Positions 50,812 through 62,664 of a stretch of DNA of 64,000 bases are shown here, one piece after another; the first letter of the stretch is position 1; every line of letters begins with the position of its first letter. The notes beneath the pieces are model-generated. The model did no database searches, was not told where the DNA came from, and saw only the letters and a program-made list of their open reading frames with translations. The translations under genes and the position numbers were made by a program. This DNA comes from Phoronis australis. Its lineage: Eukaryota; Animalia; Phoronida. Where the stretch lies: assembly GCA_002633005.1 (NCBI GenBank), contig NMRA01000297.1:338993-402992 (forward strand), given 5' to 3'.

Positions 50812-52794
50812 GTAACTATGGCTCTGTCGGTCTTAGGAATAGATTCATGGCCTTAAAGATCAACCAACAAACTACAGCAGGCAGTACTCAGACACCAGGT
50901 TCAGTATCAGTATCGATGTACCTTGAAAATACGAATATAGACTCATTTTTAAAACTTCGGAAAGCTATATTTCGTGCTCCATTTTACTAATCTGAGTTAT
51001 TCTAAGGGACTTTTAATGTTACGAGTGACACAGGGGGAAAGGTCGAAACAACATACATCTTACAAGAGACTGGTCATTTTCAGGCGAAACAATGTTAGAC
51101 AGTGTTTCTTGTTTGCTCAAAGCGTTTTGAATAGTGGGTTTATGTAAACAATTGGATGCAATGTGAGCAAAAAGGTGAATTAAAAGGAAGAAGACTGAAA
51201 CGAATTTTATCACATTTTGATAGCACAGTTTCACTTTACTCATACCTTTCATTTTAGCTTAAGTTTACGAAAAACACATAGCTACATAGTAAACGAGCTC
51301 TCAGTATATCTGGAGTTAGACCCACGCGTTTAAAACTGAAACAATTGAGTAAAACCGAGGAAAACAGTTTTAACATTTCTGTAAGGGAGATCTGAAACTT
51401 TTTCCGTAAGAAAAGATCGACGTATACAATCCAAAACTAATCATTTAATGATATACCAGAGTAAAAAGACTGGGTACAAATGGACAGTTTAAGGCACGCG
51501 TATTCGCGTATGCCTACAAGCACAATACCTTAACAACTATTTTCTTTAAAACGACTATTATTTCCATTATAGAAACATTGTCCTAAACGTGCGCATACAC
51601 TATTACGCCATTACTGTAGAAGTCTTGGGGCCGACTGACTTAGCTAAGGCTATCTTACCACATGTGGAAGTTCCAAATTTGGACTTTGAGATAAATCTAA
51701 GACTTAATTTAAAAAATGAACTTAAATCAGATCCTTGGAACAGGTCTCTGAACTATAGCTACTGCAACTTACTATAGCACGGCAGGGAGTGTTTCATAAT
51801 TCTGACCCTAAATTGTTACAATTCTTATGACATTTCCTGATGTAATAATTTTAGCCTGCTTGGATTTTTTAGAGGATACAAGTGGCACGTGGCTTTATTC
51901 TAAAATGATGAACCTCACATATATGTTTATAAACAATGCGAGCAGGTGATCTGGTACACGTTGTACTAGACGTGCGGAGGCCTTCAAGGGAACTCATTAC
52001 ACTGATCACCTGTGACCAATTTTATAGTTAAAAAAGCTACGATGCAGACTAAAATTCGGTGAAATAAGTCTGCATCATCCGACCCTCACCCAGTCAAGTG
52101 CATGAGATGATTTTTTTGTCATTATAAGTTGGTGGTTTGCTGACTTTTGACGTGGGTGAACGGAGTTCGTTTGCCTGATCCTACCGTTCGACCATAATGG
52201 ATAGCCAGCAGAAACTCGAGCCCCAAGGGAAATGTACCAAAGATCTTGGAAGCGCACCCCTTTTCAAACTGTCCATTCAAACTATTACCATGATCAAATC
52301 AACTTTCTCTAAACTTTCTCCTGGTAACGTGAATCATGTCCTTAGGTCTCAATTTAACTCTCCGAAATAGACGAAATTGTAACCAAATTTTCAGAAACCT
52401 TTTTCTCCTCTACTCCATTCTGTTAGACGTTATCTGGTATCCAAAAAAGTAACAAATGGATCATCCTCCGGACTGGAAACTTTGCTCGGAACTGTTTTCT
52501 TGTGTAAACAGTGATCACTGAAAAATGCACCGTTGTAGACACCCAACAATGCCGTTGACCTCGCATAAAAATCAACTAAACTTACTGATTATGAAACGGA
52601 GCAAGACTTTGTAAAACAGTCAGCAACATCGCTTACGTCATACTTTGACTATTTGGTTTCATTTCGAATTAAAAATCCTAAGTTTAGACTTAAAACACAC
52701 TCCAAAGCTTTTTGTCATACTGGAACTTGGTATCCTAGTTCAATAGTTTCCTAATAGTATTTGTACCTGTAATATGACCGATGACCTGTCTCAG

Positions 52795-53007
52795 GTGAAA
52801 AAACACTTTGAAAGTGCCAGTAACAGATCAGCGACGGACGCTCTAGTCTCGACAACAGTGAACACTTTTGTTCAACGCGAAAAACAACGATATGGTGGTC
52901 GCTTGTCTATTGGGAGGATAAACGTTTTGGAAAAAAGACATATACAATTCACCTGCTTCGTTGCGAGGAATTACAGAGTCTGGCTCTTTAACACATATTC
53001 TCTCCTG
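52795..53007 (+). CDS. pLGIC exon D (beta9-beta10, pre-M1 Arg, start of M1)
   Basis: TCTCAG|VKKH...HIQFTCFVARNYRVWLFNTYSLL|GTAAGT. Confidence 0.8.
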
Positions 53008-53017
53008 GTAAGTAGAA

Positions 53018-53894
53018 TTTTTATGCACCCACATATTTATATGTGGTCGCATATTGCCGTCATCTCTGTCTGGGCGTCTGGGCGTCCGGGTTTCCGGGCG
53101 TGCGGCGTTCGCGGCTGTATCTCCTAAACCCCTTGCAGGATCGTATTGAAATTTGGCAGGTGTGTTCCTAGGAGGTCTACGACGGAGGGTGACGAGTTTC
53201 GGACAGACCTAAAAACCGCTGTGCCCCACAGTGGCAATTTTATTTTTTTACGTTTATCGCTGTATCTTCAAAGTTACTCAACAGATTTCCATAAAATTTG
53301 GCACATAGACATCCATTAGTGCTAGCCATTCATCTTCGGATAGATTCAAGGTTTTTTACGCCACCTAGTGGCCATTTTTTGTTGTTTTTGACTATGTTTT
53401 GTGGTGTTCGTCCCTCTGTCAACAAAGCCACTCTAAGGATGATTTTGAAATTTGGCATACTTTATATGAACGGGACGGTTGCCGATGATTTTCTCATGAC
53501 TTCGACTACTGGGGCGCCTCCTAGTGGCGTTTTTTTTGCACCTCTACCTGTATCCCCTAAGCCCTCTGCAGGATCTTTATTAAATTAAGAACGTGTATTT
53601 ATATGAAGTTAACAAGAGACGACTTTTAGACTGATCCGATGAACACTGTGTCCCCTAGTGGCAATTTCGTTTTTTTGTTTTCCTCTGTTTCTCTGAAGTT
53701 CGTCAATGACTTTTAATTAAAGTTAGTAAATGGCTTTCTTTTAAAGAAACGATGACATTTTTTGGTTTTTATACGGATTCGATGTATTTTGTGCCATCTA
53801 GTGGCCATTTTAATGACACTGATAAGCAACCTAAAAGCACACCATTTGCGATGCATTCGTGGATGCATTTCAACGCACCGCGTTGCTCTTGTTT
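53018..53894 (+). mobile_element. Helentron-associated (HINE/DINE-like) non-autonomous element
   Basis: T-rich ends; subterminal inverted repeats ATGCACCCAC / GTGGATGCAT; 5' hairpin; CGTCTGGG microrepeat; internal repeats of about 145 bp; 3' hairpin CAACGC-ACC-GCGTTG followed by CTCTTGTT. Confidence 0.75.
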
Positions 53895-54876
53895 TATTAA
53901 GCAAATGCCACGTAACTTGTGTACATGGGACGCATGAAGACGCCTGCAAATACAGATATGGCGAAATGGGACCATTTTACTTCGTACGCCAACACGGGCA
54001 ACTACGTTGTGTTTCTTTAATGAAAGTATCCTGAAGATATTTTCTCAAAATTTCGGATTGAAAGCTTTCGTAAGTTTCACCCGAATTGTTTATCACTTTT
54101 TAGAACCACATAAGATCGCTCTCAACCATGCATCGCCAAAAAGTAACCAGCCTTGAACACAAGAGATTGGAGTGTAGTGACGTAACTTGAACTAACTGCA
54201 GCGCTTTCTATAGACATATGTGCAAATTGACTACCCTTTAGGAAATCAACTTGTGATATAGACCGCTTATCGTTACCCAGCATGTTCTCTATCAGAATTA
54301 GATTATGGGTTTGCAAAGTAGTGGCAGTTCATTCACACTTCTGACCATGCTCGCTACGCATTAAAAGACCGAGCCATGATAAACCAACATGCTGTGCCTT
54401 TTGTAAAACAGGAAACTGTTTGAAACGAACTTCATAACTGTAGGTGGTATAAATAAAAAGTTGTTCTTGATGAGGGAAACTGTTTCTCCTTAATATATAC
54501 TGTGGTGATTTAACAAAAATACTAAAGTTGTTTGCGCAGTGAACTTCTTCTAAGATTAAACAAGTAAAGTATCGGACAGTTCGTATATTAATTGGTAAAA
54601 AACATACTAGAATTTTATAAGAAGTCTTTCCGGAGCGTGTACCTGACTTGCTTTCGTCACTTGCTTTTTGTTGGAGTGCCGTGTGATTGTGTTCATATGC
54701 AAAACTAGAAGCAGCTTGATCAGGAATTTTACTTGGTCATAAACAAGGTCAGAGCACCGTCTTACCCAATTATCGCTTCAGAGATCTAGATAACCAAAAT
54801 ATCAACGAATCACAATATAATGTAGACCCTGTACAACGTGTCTTTATCTACACTGTACCTGAAACTTAAATTATAG

Positions 54877-55032
54877 GTTCTGATCAGCCTATTGACCTTC
54901 GCGCCACTCGTCTATGACGCTAAGTCGACAGTTCCTAGAGTACGTACAGAGATGAAGCTGCTGCTCACGTGCATTACAACACGACTAGCTACACGCTCCA
55001 TGATTCCTCCTGTCTGTTTCCTCACCTTCTTG
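54877..55032 (+). CDS. pLGIC exon E (end of M1, M2, M2-M3 loop)
   Basis: TTATAG|VLISLLTFAPLVYDAKSTVPRVRTEMKLLLTCITTRLATRSMIPPVCFLTFL|GCAAGT (GC donor); matches the R0'...LLT...P23'xVxYLT pattern. Confidence 0.85.
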
Positions 55033-56162
55033 GCAAGTATCTTACCAATCGTGTCCTTGCATCGATTGTATCATTTTCTTAAACTTAGACTGCAAATAGG
55101 TGAGAAGCGTCTGCGTAACAAACACGTGTTAACAAAATCATACTTTTAAAATGCAGATCCTGGTCCAACTGAGGAAAGCAATTTTTAATGCATTTTATTA
55201 AATGAGCTGTCTCTGTTTACCATTTCTGAAACACCGATTCTTTAAGGGCCCACAGTCTTGGGTTGACTGAAGGAATATGCATTGTGATGTACGCAGCAGC
55301 TTTCAAAATAAACTGTACAACATCAAAGTTTCACACTGCGCCTAAGTATCCATTTATTTTTTACTACACTCTGTTTAAATGTTGGCTAAATCTCGATAGC
55401 TGTTGCTTCAACCATGTTTTTCTAATTTACGAACTTATGACGACTTTCTTCACAAGTCAATTACACAAGTAGCGGCTATGCAAAATTTTGTCACGAATAC
55501 TGCAAAATTTCGTCTGAACTGCTATATGATTCTGTCAATTGTTTATCCAAGTTTGATTTCTGTCGATACATGTCCAGTTTATTTTGAAACAAATGTAACA
55601 GCGCCCGTCATTCACCTTGAGTTCCGCAATCAATGAGTACGAATTTCGTAACACCCTTACATGTGTCTCTCACGGGGAGTAGTGTCTTTTGGTGCCCTCT
55701 AGCAAGCATGTGCTAGATTTTCCAAACTTTTGTACTGCAATTCTTGGTTGAGAGTTGCTGGTTGACGGTAATCGACTGATCGTTTGTGGCATCAAAATAC
55801 TGAAGACATGCAGTATAAAACCCTTCAAAGAACGGCAATGAGAGCATCTGTCAAGAGACCTTCCGTGGTTACTTTTCACTCCATCTAATAAACGGAAGGA
55901 ATCCCTTCAAGAGAAGAAAACGTCACGTCTTAGTAGGGGCCTACTTAGGTAAACATGATGCACGACCTAATACTTAGGTCAACATAATTAACTCGTACGG
56001 AAATGATTACTCGTTTTTCGAGTAAATTAATTGTTTTCAATGAAATTCCTTGCAAGTCATTTTCGAATTCAGTCGGGGTTGGCCAGAACAATTGAAGTTT
56101 GAAGATTTACTTTCACGTATTTTACCTGTTTATAAACTGTGTTCTTCTTAACCTATTTTTTT

Positions 56163-56752
56163 CATGTAGATCTGCTCATGCTATACAATGTCATACAGAT
56201 TTGCCTATGCTATACAATGTCATATAGAACTGCACATGCTACACACAGTCATATAGATCTGCTCATGCTACACAATGTCATATAGATCTGCCCATGCTAC
56301 ACAATGTCATGTAGATTTGCCCATGCTATATATGCAATGTCATATAGATCTGCTCATGCTATACAACGTCATGTAGATATGTCCATGCTGCACAATATAG
56401 ATCTTCCCATGCTATACAATGTCATATAGATCTGCCCACGCTATACAATGTCATGCAGATCTGCACATGCTACACAATCTCATATAGATCTGCCCATGCT
56501 ATACAATGTCATATACATATAGATCTGCCCGTGTTACACAATGTCATGTAGATTTGCCCATGCTATGCAATGTCATATAGATCTGCTCATGCTATACAAC
56601 GTCTTGTAGATATGTTCATACTACACAATGTCTTATAAATCTGTCCATGCTACACAATGTCATATAGATCTGCCCATGCTATACAATGTCATATAGATCT
56701 GCTCACGCTATACAGTGTCATATAGATCTGCCCATGCTATACAATGTCATAT
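56163..56752. repeat. 29-bp minisatellite, about 20 copies
   Basis: Consensus CATATAGATCTGCCCATGCTATACAATGT. Confidence 0.95.
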
Positions 56753-57167
56753 CGTCTATAAAAATCATTTGTGAAAGTTAAAAAACATGAACCCTGTACG
56801 GACTCTTGCAGAAGCCTGTAATACTTCAGGATGATCTGACACATTCTACGTCCTAGGTTCATTCTTAAATATATCACGATATCCATGTCTGGGTGCGAGA
56901 GCAAAAGAATTAATCATTTTCGTGTTTAGCCAATCAAAATACGGTGAAAGGCACATTTAAGCCTTCAACCACTAATGCGTTCAAACGCAACGCTGATGAC
57001 AGCTTTCTAAGCAGCGGATCCCTTTCACCTGTAGTGATGACGATGCTGATGATGCTGATGGTGATTGCCACGATGTTGATTACATTGAGTAGGATATTGA
57101 TGGTGCTAATGACGACATTGTTGATGATGATCCAGTGAGCAGTACACGTGTCTTGTTTTTGTTTCAG

Positions 57168-57353
57168 GACTTTTACTTTGTGTACGTAATGTGCATGACA
57201 GGGTTGCTAGCTCTGCAATTTTGTATAGCTTCTGCTGTGACTGATAAAGGGAAAACAGACCTCATTAACGAACTAGACATTTACGCAGGTGGCTTTCACG
57301 GGATGGTTTTGGTTCTGTTCAATACCAGCTATTTCGCCTTCATTGGCTCAGCT
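57168..57353 (+). CDS. pLGIC exon F (M3, short loop, M4)
   Basis: TTTTTGTTTCAG|DFYFVYVMCMTGLLALQFCIASAV...LDIYAGGFHGMVLVLFNTSYFAFIGSA|GTAAGT; the join gives the conserved LT.LD.Y motif. Confidence 0.88.
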
Positions 57354-57484
57354 GTAAGTAGTCCCAGATGTGCCGCTCATGAAAGGTAGAATGTGGACAA
57401 ATTAACTTGCGGTTTGATCAACTTAATTTTGCTCATAAAAATTTGTGAACTGGTTAGCTACTTGATGAGAAAGACAGCCCTTAA

Positions 57485-58464
57485 ACAGTACACACCATGG
57501 ATTTTTGCACATTTCGAATTACCGGTGGCCACAGACTAAATGTATGACGTAAAATTTAGCCAAATCCATGATTATTTTGTGTCATTAGCTCGAAATTTTG
57601 ATTTCTTTTTCAATTTTGCCAATTTTCACATTTCCCGCCATGTGACATCATGGGTTGAACACAAGAGATCAGCGACTAGCATTGAACAACGGCGGAGAGT
57701 AGGGAATTTGAAAGCGACAACGATTATGAGCAAGAAATGAACAAATACTATGAAGAAACGTACGAGAATGTTGGCCAGGATGACGAAATGGGGTTGCACG
57801 AAAGCGCGAACGAATTTGATATGTTTTCAGCTGCGTACTTTTCTACTTTGAGGCCTTACGAACTGGATCCTCCCGCGAGAGAAGCGGCCTCGGGCTCGGC
57901 CAGTCAACCCACTCATCCAACAGACGATCTCGAATAAAGACCCGATGTTTCTGAATAGTAAATATTGTCCTTTATTGAACCAGGCCTTCATCGTAACATC
58001 TCCTCTGACTGGAGTCGAAACACGACTCTTCAAAGTGGGCAGAACACAGAGTGGCACCGGACAGAATCGCTTGGTCCACGCTGAGGTCCCACACTCTCGT
58101 TCGGCGCACGAAGCGATGCCACTACTGCGCAACTTTGGCGTCCTTCGGAACAACCAGGTTACGGAACACCGAGACGTTCTCCGTCTGATTGCTGTTGCTG
58201 CAGCCTCCGCAAACACATCTTTTCATCCCTCTACGAACCTTCTCGACGCAAAATATACTTTATTTTCACTTCACTCTATACACTTAGTTGCTGATCCGAA
58301 CAGTGTGCAGAACGACTTGGGTTCAACCCATGACGTTGTACATAATTATTATTTTTTTCAATTTTTACGTGTTTCTTTATGAGCTGTGCACTAAAGGCAC
58401 TGAAATCAAGTAAGATATAATAATAAAAATTATTTTGAAGTACTAGAGTCATGTTGCGTACACT
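57485..58464. mobile_element. Second Kolobok-like family, internally deleted (THAP and KolX-like N-terminal remnants)
   Basis: TTAA at 57481-57484 and 58465-58468; imperfect TIRs ACAGTACACACCATG / CATGTTGCGTACACT. Minus strand from 58226: MKRCVCGGCSN...PKD...WHRFVRRTR.W...LCSAHFEESCF (THAP). Plus strand: LRPYELDPP. Confidence 0.7.
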
Positions 58465-61400
58465 TTAAAGGATTAGAGGGCGCAAACCTTTGTTGGATGC
58501 CTTTGGGAGTCAGATGTTGGTAGACGTAAGATTACAGTGCGTCTTGAGTTCTCTCGAAGACATGTTTTCGCAGGTCTATACATATAATAGACTCCTGTGC
58601 TGTCACACACACGTGATCCACACATTTGTTTAAAATTAAATATTAATGGGAAAATAAATTAATCAGGACACGTTAGTAAGGTACTTCTTGACTGAGCTAG
58701 GCTTCTGTCTCAACCTATATTACCGGTCGAATATTCTGCCGATTGCTTTTTACATGTCAGGCGTGTATGTGCTCTGTAAATCGTTGATATCCACTGTCTG
58801 TGTGCCTACATGTAGTACATCGAAAAGCACCATTTCTGCTACGGATGTTTGGGGGTCAAAATGGGAACTGATTGGTTTCAGTTGATAACCTAATGAATAT
58901 GTGGTAACCTCTAATTAGTAATTAACCCAACTATTACCATACTAACGTCCTAAAGTGAGGAATTGCTCCCTTTGATCCGCACATAATCTTCAGTTGTGAG
59001 CACAGCACCTGCGCATCCGACATATAAAGTGAGCTTAATTGATGTGCATGGGTTAAATGTATGAATAAATTCCAAGATTTGCAGTCATCGATATACACTG
59101 CACATGTAGCGTGCTCTGTGTAACAGTTGATTTCACCCAGGCATACTTGTATATCGTGTGACTCCATGACGTGGACAGTGCCAAATGAATTATCATCGGG
59201 AATGCACATGCTGCAACCATTATTTCCATTTTTCAAAGAAATTTGTAATGTTCTGTCTTCAAAGTGGTTACTAACCACACCTGATCTTGTCAAGGGACCA
59301 TACATTTCCGTTTTTTTTTTCAAATAATAGAAATCTCACACCTGGTCTAATCACTAGTCTCAAACTGTCGGTAAATAGCGCGTAAATGTCGTTTATACGT
59401 AACCTTTGACTCCGTGTCTTATCAGTTCCATTCAATTGTCCAAGCCAACTCCGTGGATCCCAGTAGCAAAACTTTCTGACAAAATTTGCAGGAAGCAGAA
59501 AGACGCCACCTCATTAAGAGAGAGTGTAAAATGGAGAAATGTCAGCAAATAATGCAACCGGGGTCATTTTATGATGAAAAACACATGCCTGAACATTTTG
59601 ACACATTTGCCATTTAAACTAACAGAGACAATGTTTTGATTTGGACAGCTTTGGAACAATTGTGTTGCACAGGAATTCTACCTTTTTCTAGACAAATAAT
59701 ATGCCTAAGAAAACAAACTAAAGAACCTGTATCTGTAGTACGTGATCAGGGCATTATAACTGTGCATTTGCCTTGCTCTTGCAATGCCTAGCAGGCGTGG
59801 CTGGACCATGTTTGTCGGAACTATTCATTGTTTAGCTACATACAGTATGAAACCCCTGGCAAAATGTCGAACATAGTGTTATAACATATATGTTTAGCTG
59901 TCTACCTCGGGATTCTGTTTACTTAGCACGTCTTAATACACTATCATGGTACAGATGACAAGGTCAGTGGCAATAAAGTTATCTGTTTTCAGTGAACAGT
60001 TTGAAGATACCATTTAATTGAAAAGTTTATTAGTGGATATTAACGCCGAAATAACACTTTATTATTTGAAAAAAATAATGCTCGGTAGACCGTCGGCAAT
60101 CCTTAAAGGTCATTCTGATTGGAGCTCCATTCCTCACACAATTTGGTAAATCGTCAAGTATTAATGCTTCAGGCGAGTTTGTGGACAACTGCGGGGAGAG
60201 GTCGAACGTCTTGGACCACTGAATACATTGTGTGTTATTGAACAGATTGTGGGTGAAGTATTAACCACATACGCCGGTATAAGAAGAATTTTGAATAAAG
60301 TGACCAAAACAAGAAGTGGTATCCTTTTAAAATAGATGATTGCATTTAATCTGAGCATTCTTGTTTTAGCGTCGAAAAGTGAAAGCCCAAATAAAAGGAC
60401 TTCAACGATAACGGAGTAAAGTATTTGTTGGACCAGCCGGGAATAGGCGTACTCAAGGTGTCACTAGTGGGCGTGCGCTGATGTTGGAATGAACCGATAT
60501 ATCGTCTGCGTCAGAAATTCATTGATGTGGAAGTCGTTGAGAGACATTTGTTAAAAATACAGTTGTGTGTTATTGTCAATACGTTGTAATGTCCTCAGTT
60601 CAAGGGGTTATCAAATACTGTAATTGTTAAAAACTTTTTCATCGTAACATTTTTCCATGGTCATACGTTACTGGAAGTTTTTAATTAAAATATTTACATG
60701 TACATGGGGGCGATTGATGTCTGACAAGCTTAAGGTGATATCTGAGAAGCAGCAACGTCAATTTGTGCAGAAACAAACAACTGGTCCAGGGTTGTAAGAA
60801 GCGCGGGGGGCCGGGCAGCACGTCTACCTTAAACAAATGCAGGCGTCAAGGTTGAACTGTGTGAACGATTAAGACGTGGGGCCGGGCTTTCGAGAAAAGA
60901 AAGACAGCGAAACACGGTGAAGAGGAACAAGTCTAACTGTCATTCTAAAAGGTCAACTCTGGGGTCACCGACTCACATCCTGAAAAAATTGTGGCATACA
61001 CTACATACTGGTGAGATATGCTCAAACCATTTATTTGAGAGTTTTTGTGTCATTATATTTAAGTTCGAGCATCATAATAATTTAGTCCAAAATAGCCCAT
61101 TTTTGCTTCAAAACGCTTCATTTAGTGAACTTGTTTAAAAACGAGTTTGAAGACCGGGAAAGAAAAAAAATCTTTAGTTACAATATTGATGAAGACACCG
61201 AACCCTTCTATCACTAATGATATTTATATGCGTGTTTTCGAATGATTGAAGCAGGTACTTACCCGCCAGTGACTGTTCATATGTCTAACCAGCGCCCTCC
61301 CGGTAAGCAGCTAACTGATGCAGTGCCCGTAATATGAGTTTCGCCATTTTTACAGGATGTTAGCTGTTTAAGGGATTCCACCCAAAACTGATTTTGTCAC

Positions 61401-61987
61401 TTGTTGTCACACTCCCATAAGGGATAAAAATGACGTATCTTAAAATTATTGGACGCTTGGGTTTCAAACTGTCATTGTACATGTACATGTAGCTAAGACT
61501 TTTATCTAGCAAGGAGATTTCAGAACCAATTAGTCAGTGTGTAAACTAAAATGATCCTAACAACTTTTTGCCACAACAAGTAACTTAGAATTTCAACAAT
61601 ACAGTGTGAACTAAGCTCACCTTAAGGGTGAACGTGGACATGCATAATTGTCATCATGGCGACTGAGTACCATAAAAGCGTTGCTCCTAAATTATAATTT
61701 AACAAGCATGATAAATGTATGAAGCTATTAGGCTGAAGGATCCGAGTAAGCTTCACAATTCATAATCCAAAAGTAACCTATTTCTGTAACTCAAATAAGA
61801 TTTTTCACGTTGCGTTGGTTTGATATATCCTGAAGCAGAAACTAATTAGTTGCAAAACACGAATCAAAAGCACAATTTATGTATAAAATTTAGTAAAAAA
61901 ACATGTGCCCTATTGCGAGGCATAATCAAATCTTGAGAAAAGGAGACTTTCAAACAAAAAAAATCGACTTAAAAACAATTTCAATTA

Positions 61988-62146
61988 CCGCAATCGTTCG
62001 GGTTAACGCCCATGCTCAGTTAACCGCCCATCTCTGACTTTAAGTGGATTTTCGATTTAACCGCCCACTGCTCGGTTAACCGCCCTCCCCCGATTTTTTG
62101 GATTCGCCAATTTAACCGCCCAGGGCGTTAACCCGAACGATTACGG
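61988..62146. mobile_element. Tc1/mariner-type MITE
   Basis: TA on both sides; 24-bp TIRs CCGCAATCGTTCGGGTTAACGCCC / GGGCGTTAACCCGAACGATTACGG; internal TTAACCGCCC repeats. Confidence 0.85.
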
Positions 62147-62643
62147 TATTTATAGCAGAGTGCAAGATCAATTGAATGAGAACTTGATATTGAAATACCT
62201 AGTAAGAATATTAACAATAAGTATGGCACAAATAACGAAAATTTTACAAAACTGCTTTTTGTGGCAGCGTGTCTGCAAATGTATTATAGTTAAATAATTC
62301 ACCGATAAAATACAGCCGGTTGAACATGCCTTTCGGTTCAGCAAAAATCGCCAAGATGTCCAGCATGAATTATGAGCACTTCAATCACCCAGTTCAAGAA
62401 GTTACACCTGCGTGATTAACTTAGGGTGTAAACTCTTGGATTGTACAGAATGGTAGGTATAGATATGTCACTAAATTTGTAAAAATATTGTTTAGACACT
62501 TTTAAAATCGTATTCTATGCGGCTGGCACACAAAATTGCTGACCTATCAAAAATGAGTAAAATTGTGACACATAAATAGCAATAACTTTTGAACGTACTT
62601 GTGCCATAAAATTTTGATAATATTTATTTTTTTTGCGTTTCAG

Positions 62644-62664
62644 ACATTGATGTCTCTCCTGTGA
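62644..62664 (+). CDS. Candidate terminal coding exon of the pLGIC (TLMSLL*)
   Basis: Strong acceptor TTTTTTTTGCGTTTCAG; phase-0 hydrophobic completion of M4; AATAAA near 62862. Confidence 0.5.
   Translation, partial: TLMSLL

Noticed and set aside
56163-56752. CRISPR-like array (29-bp repeats)
   Set aside because: Tandem minisatellite without spacers.
56944-57138. Hydrophobic Met/Leu-rich ORF
   Set aside because: Product of a degenerate (GAT)n tract in an intron.
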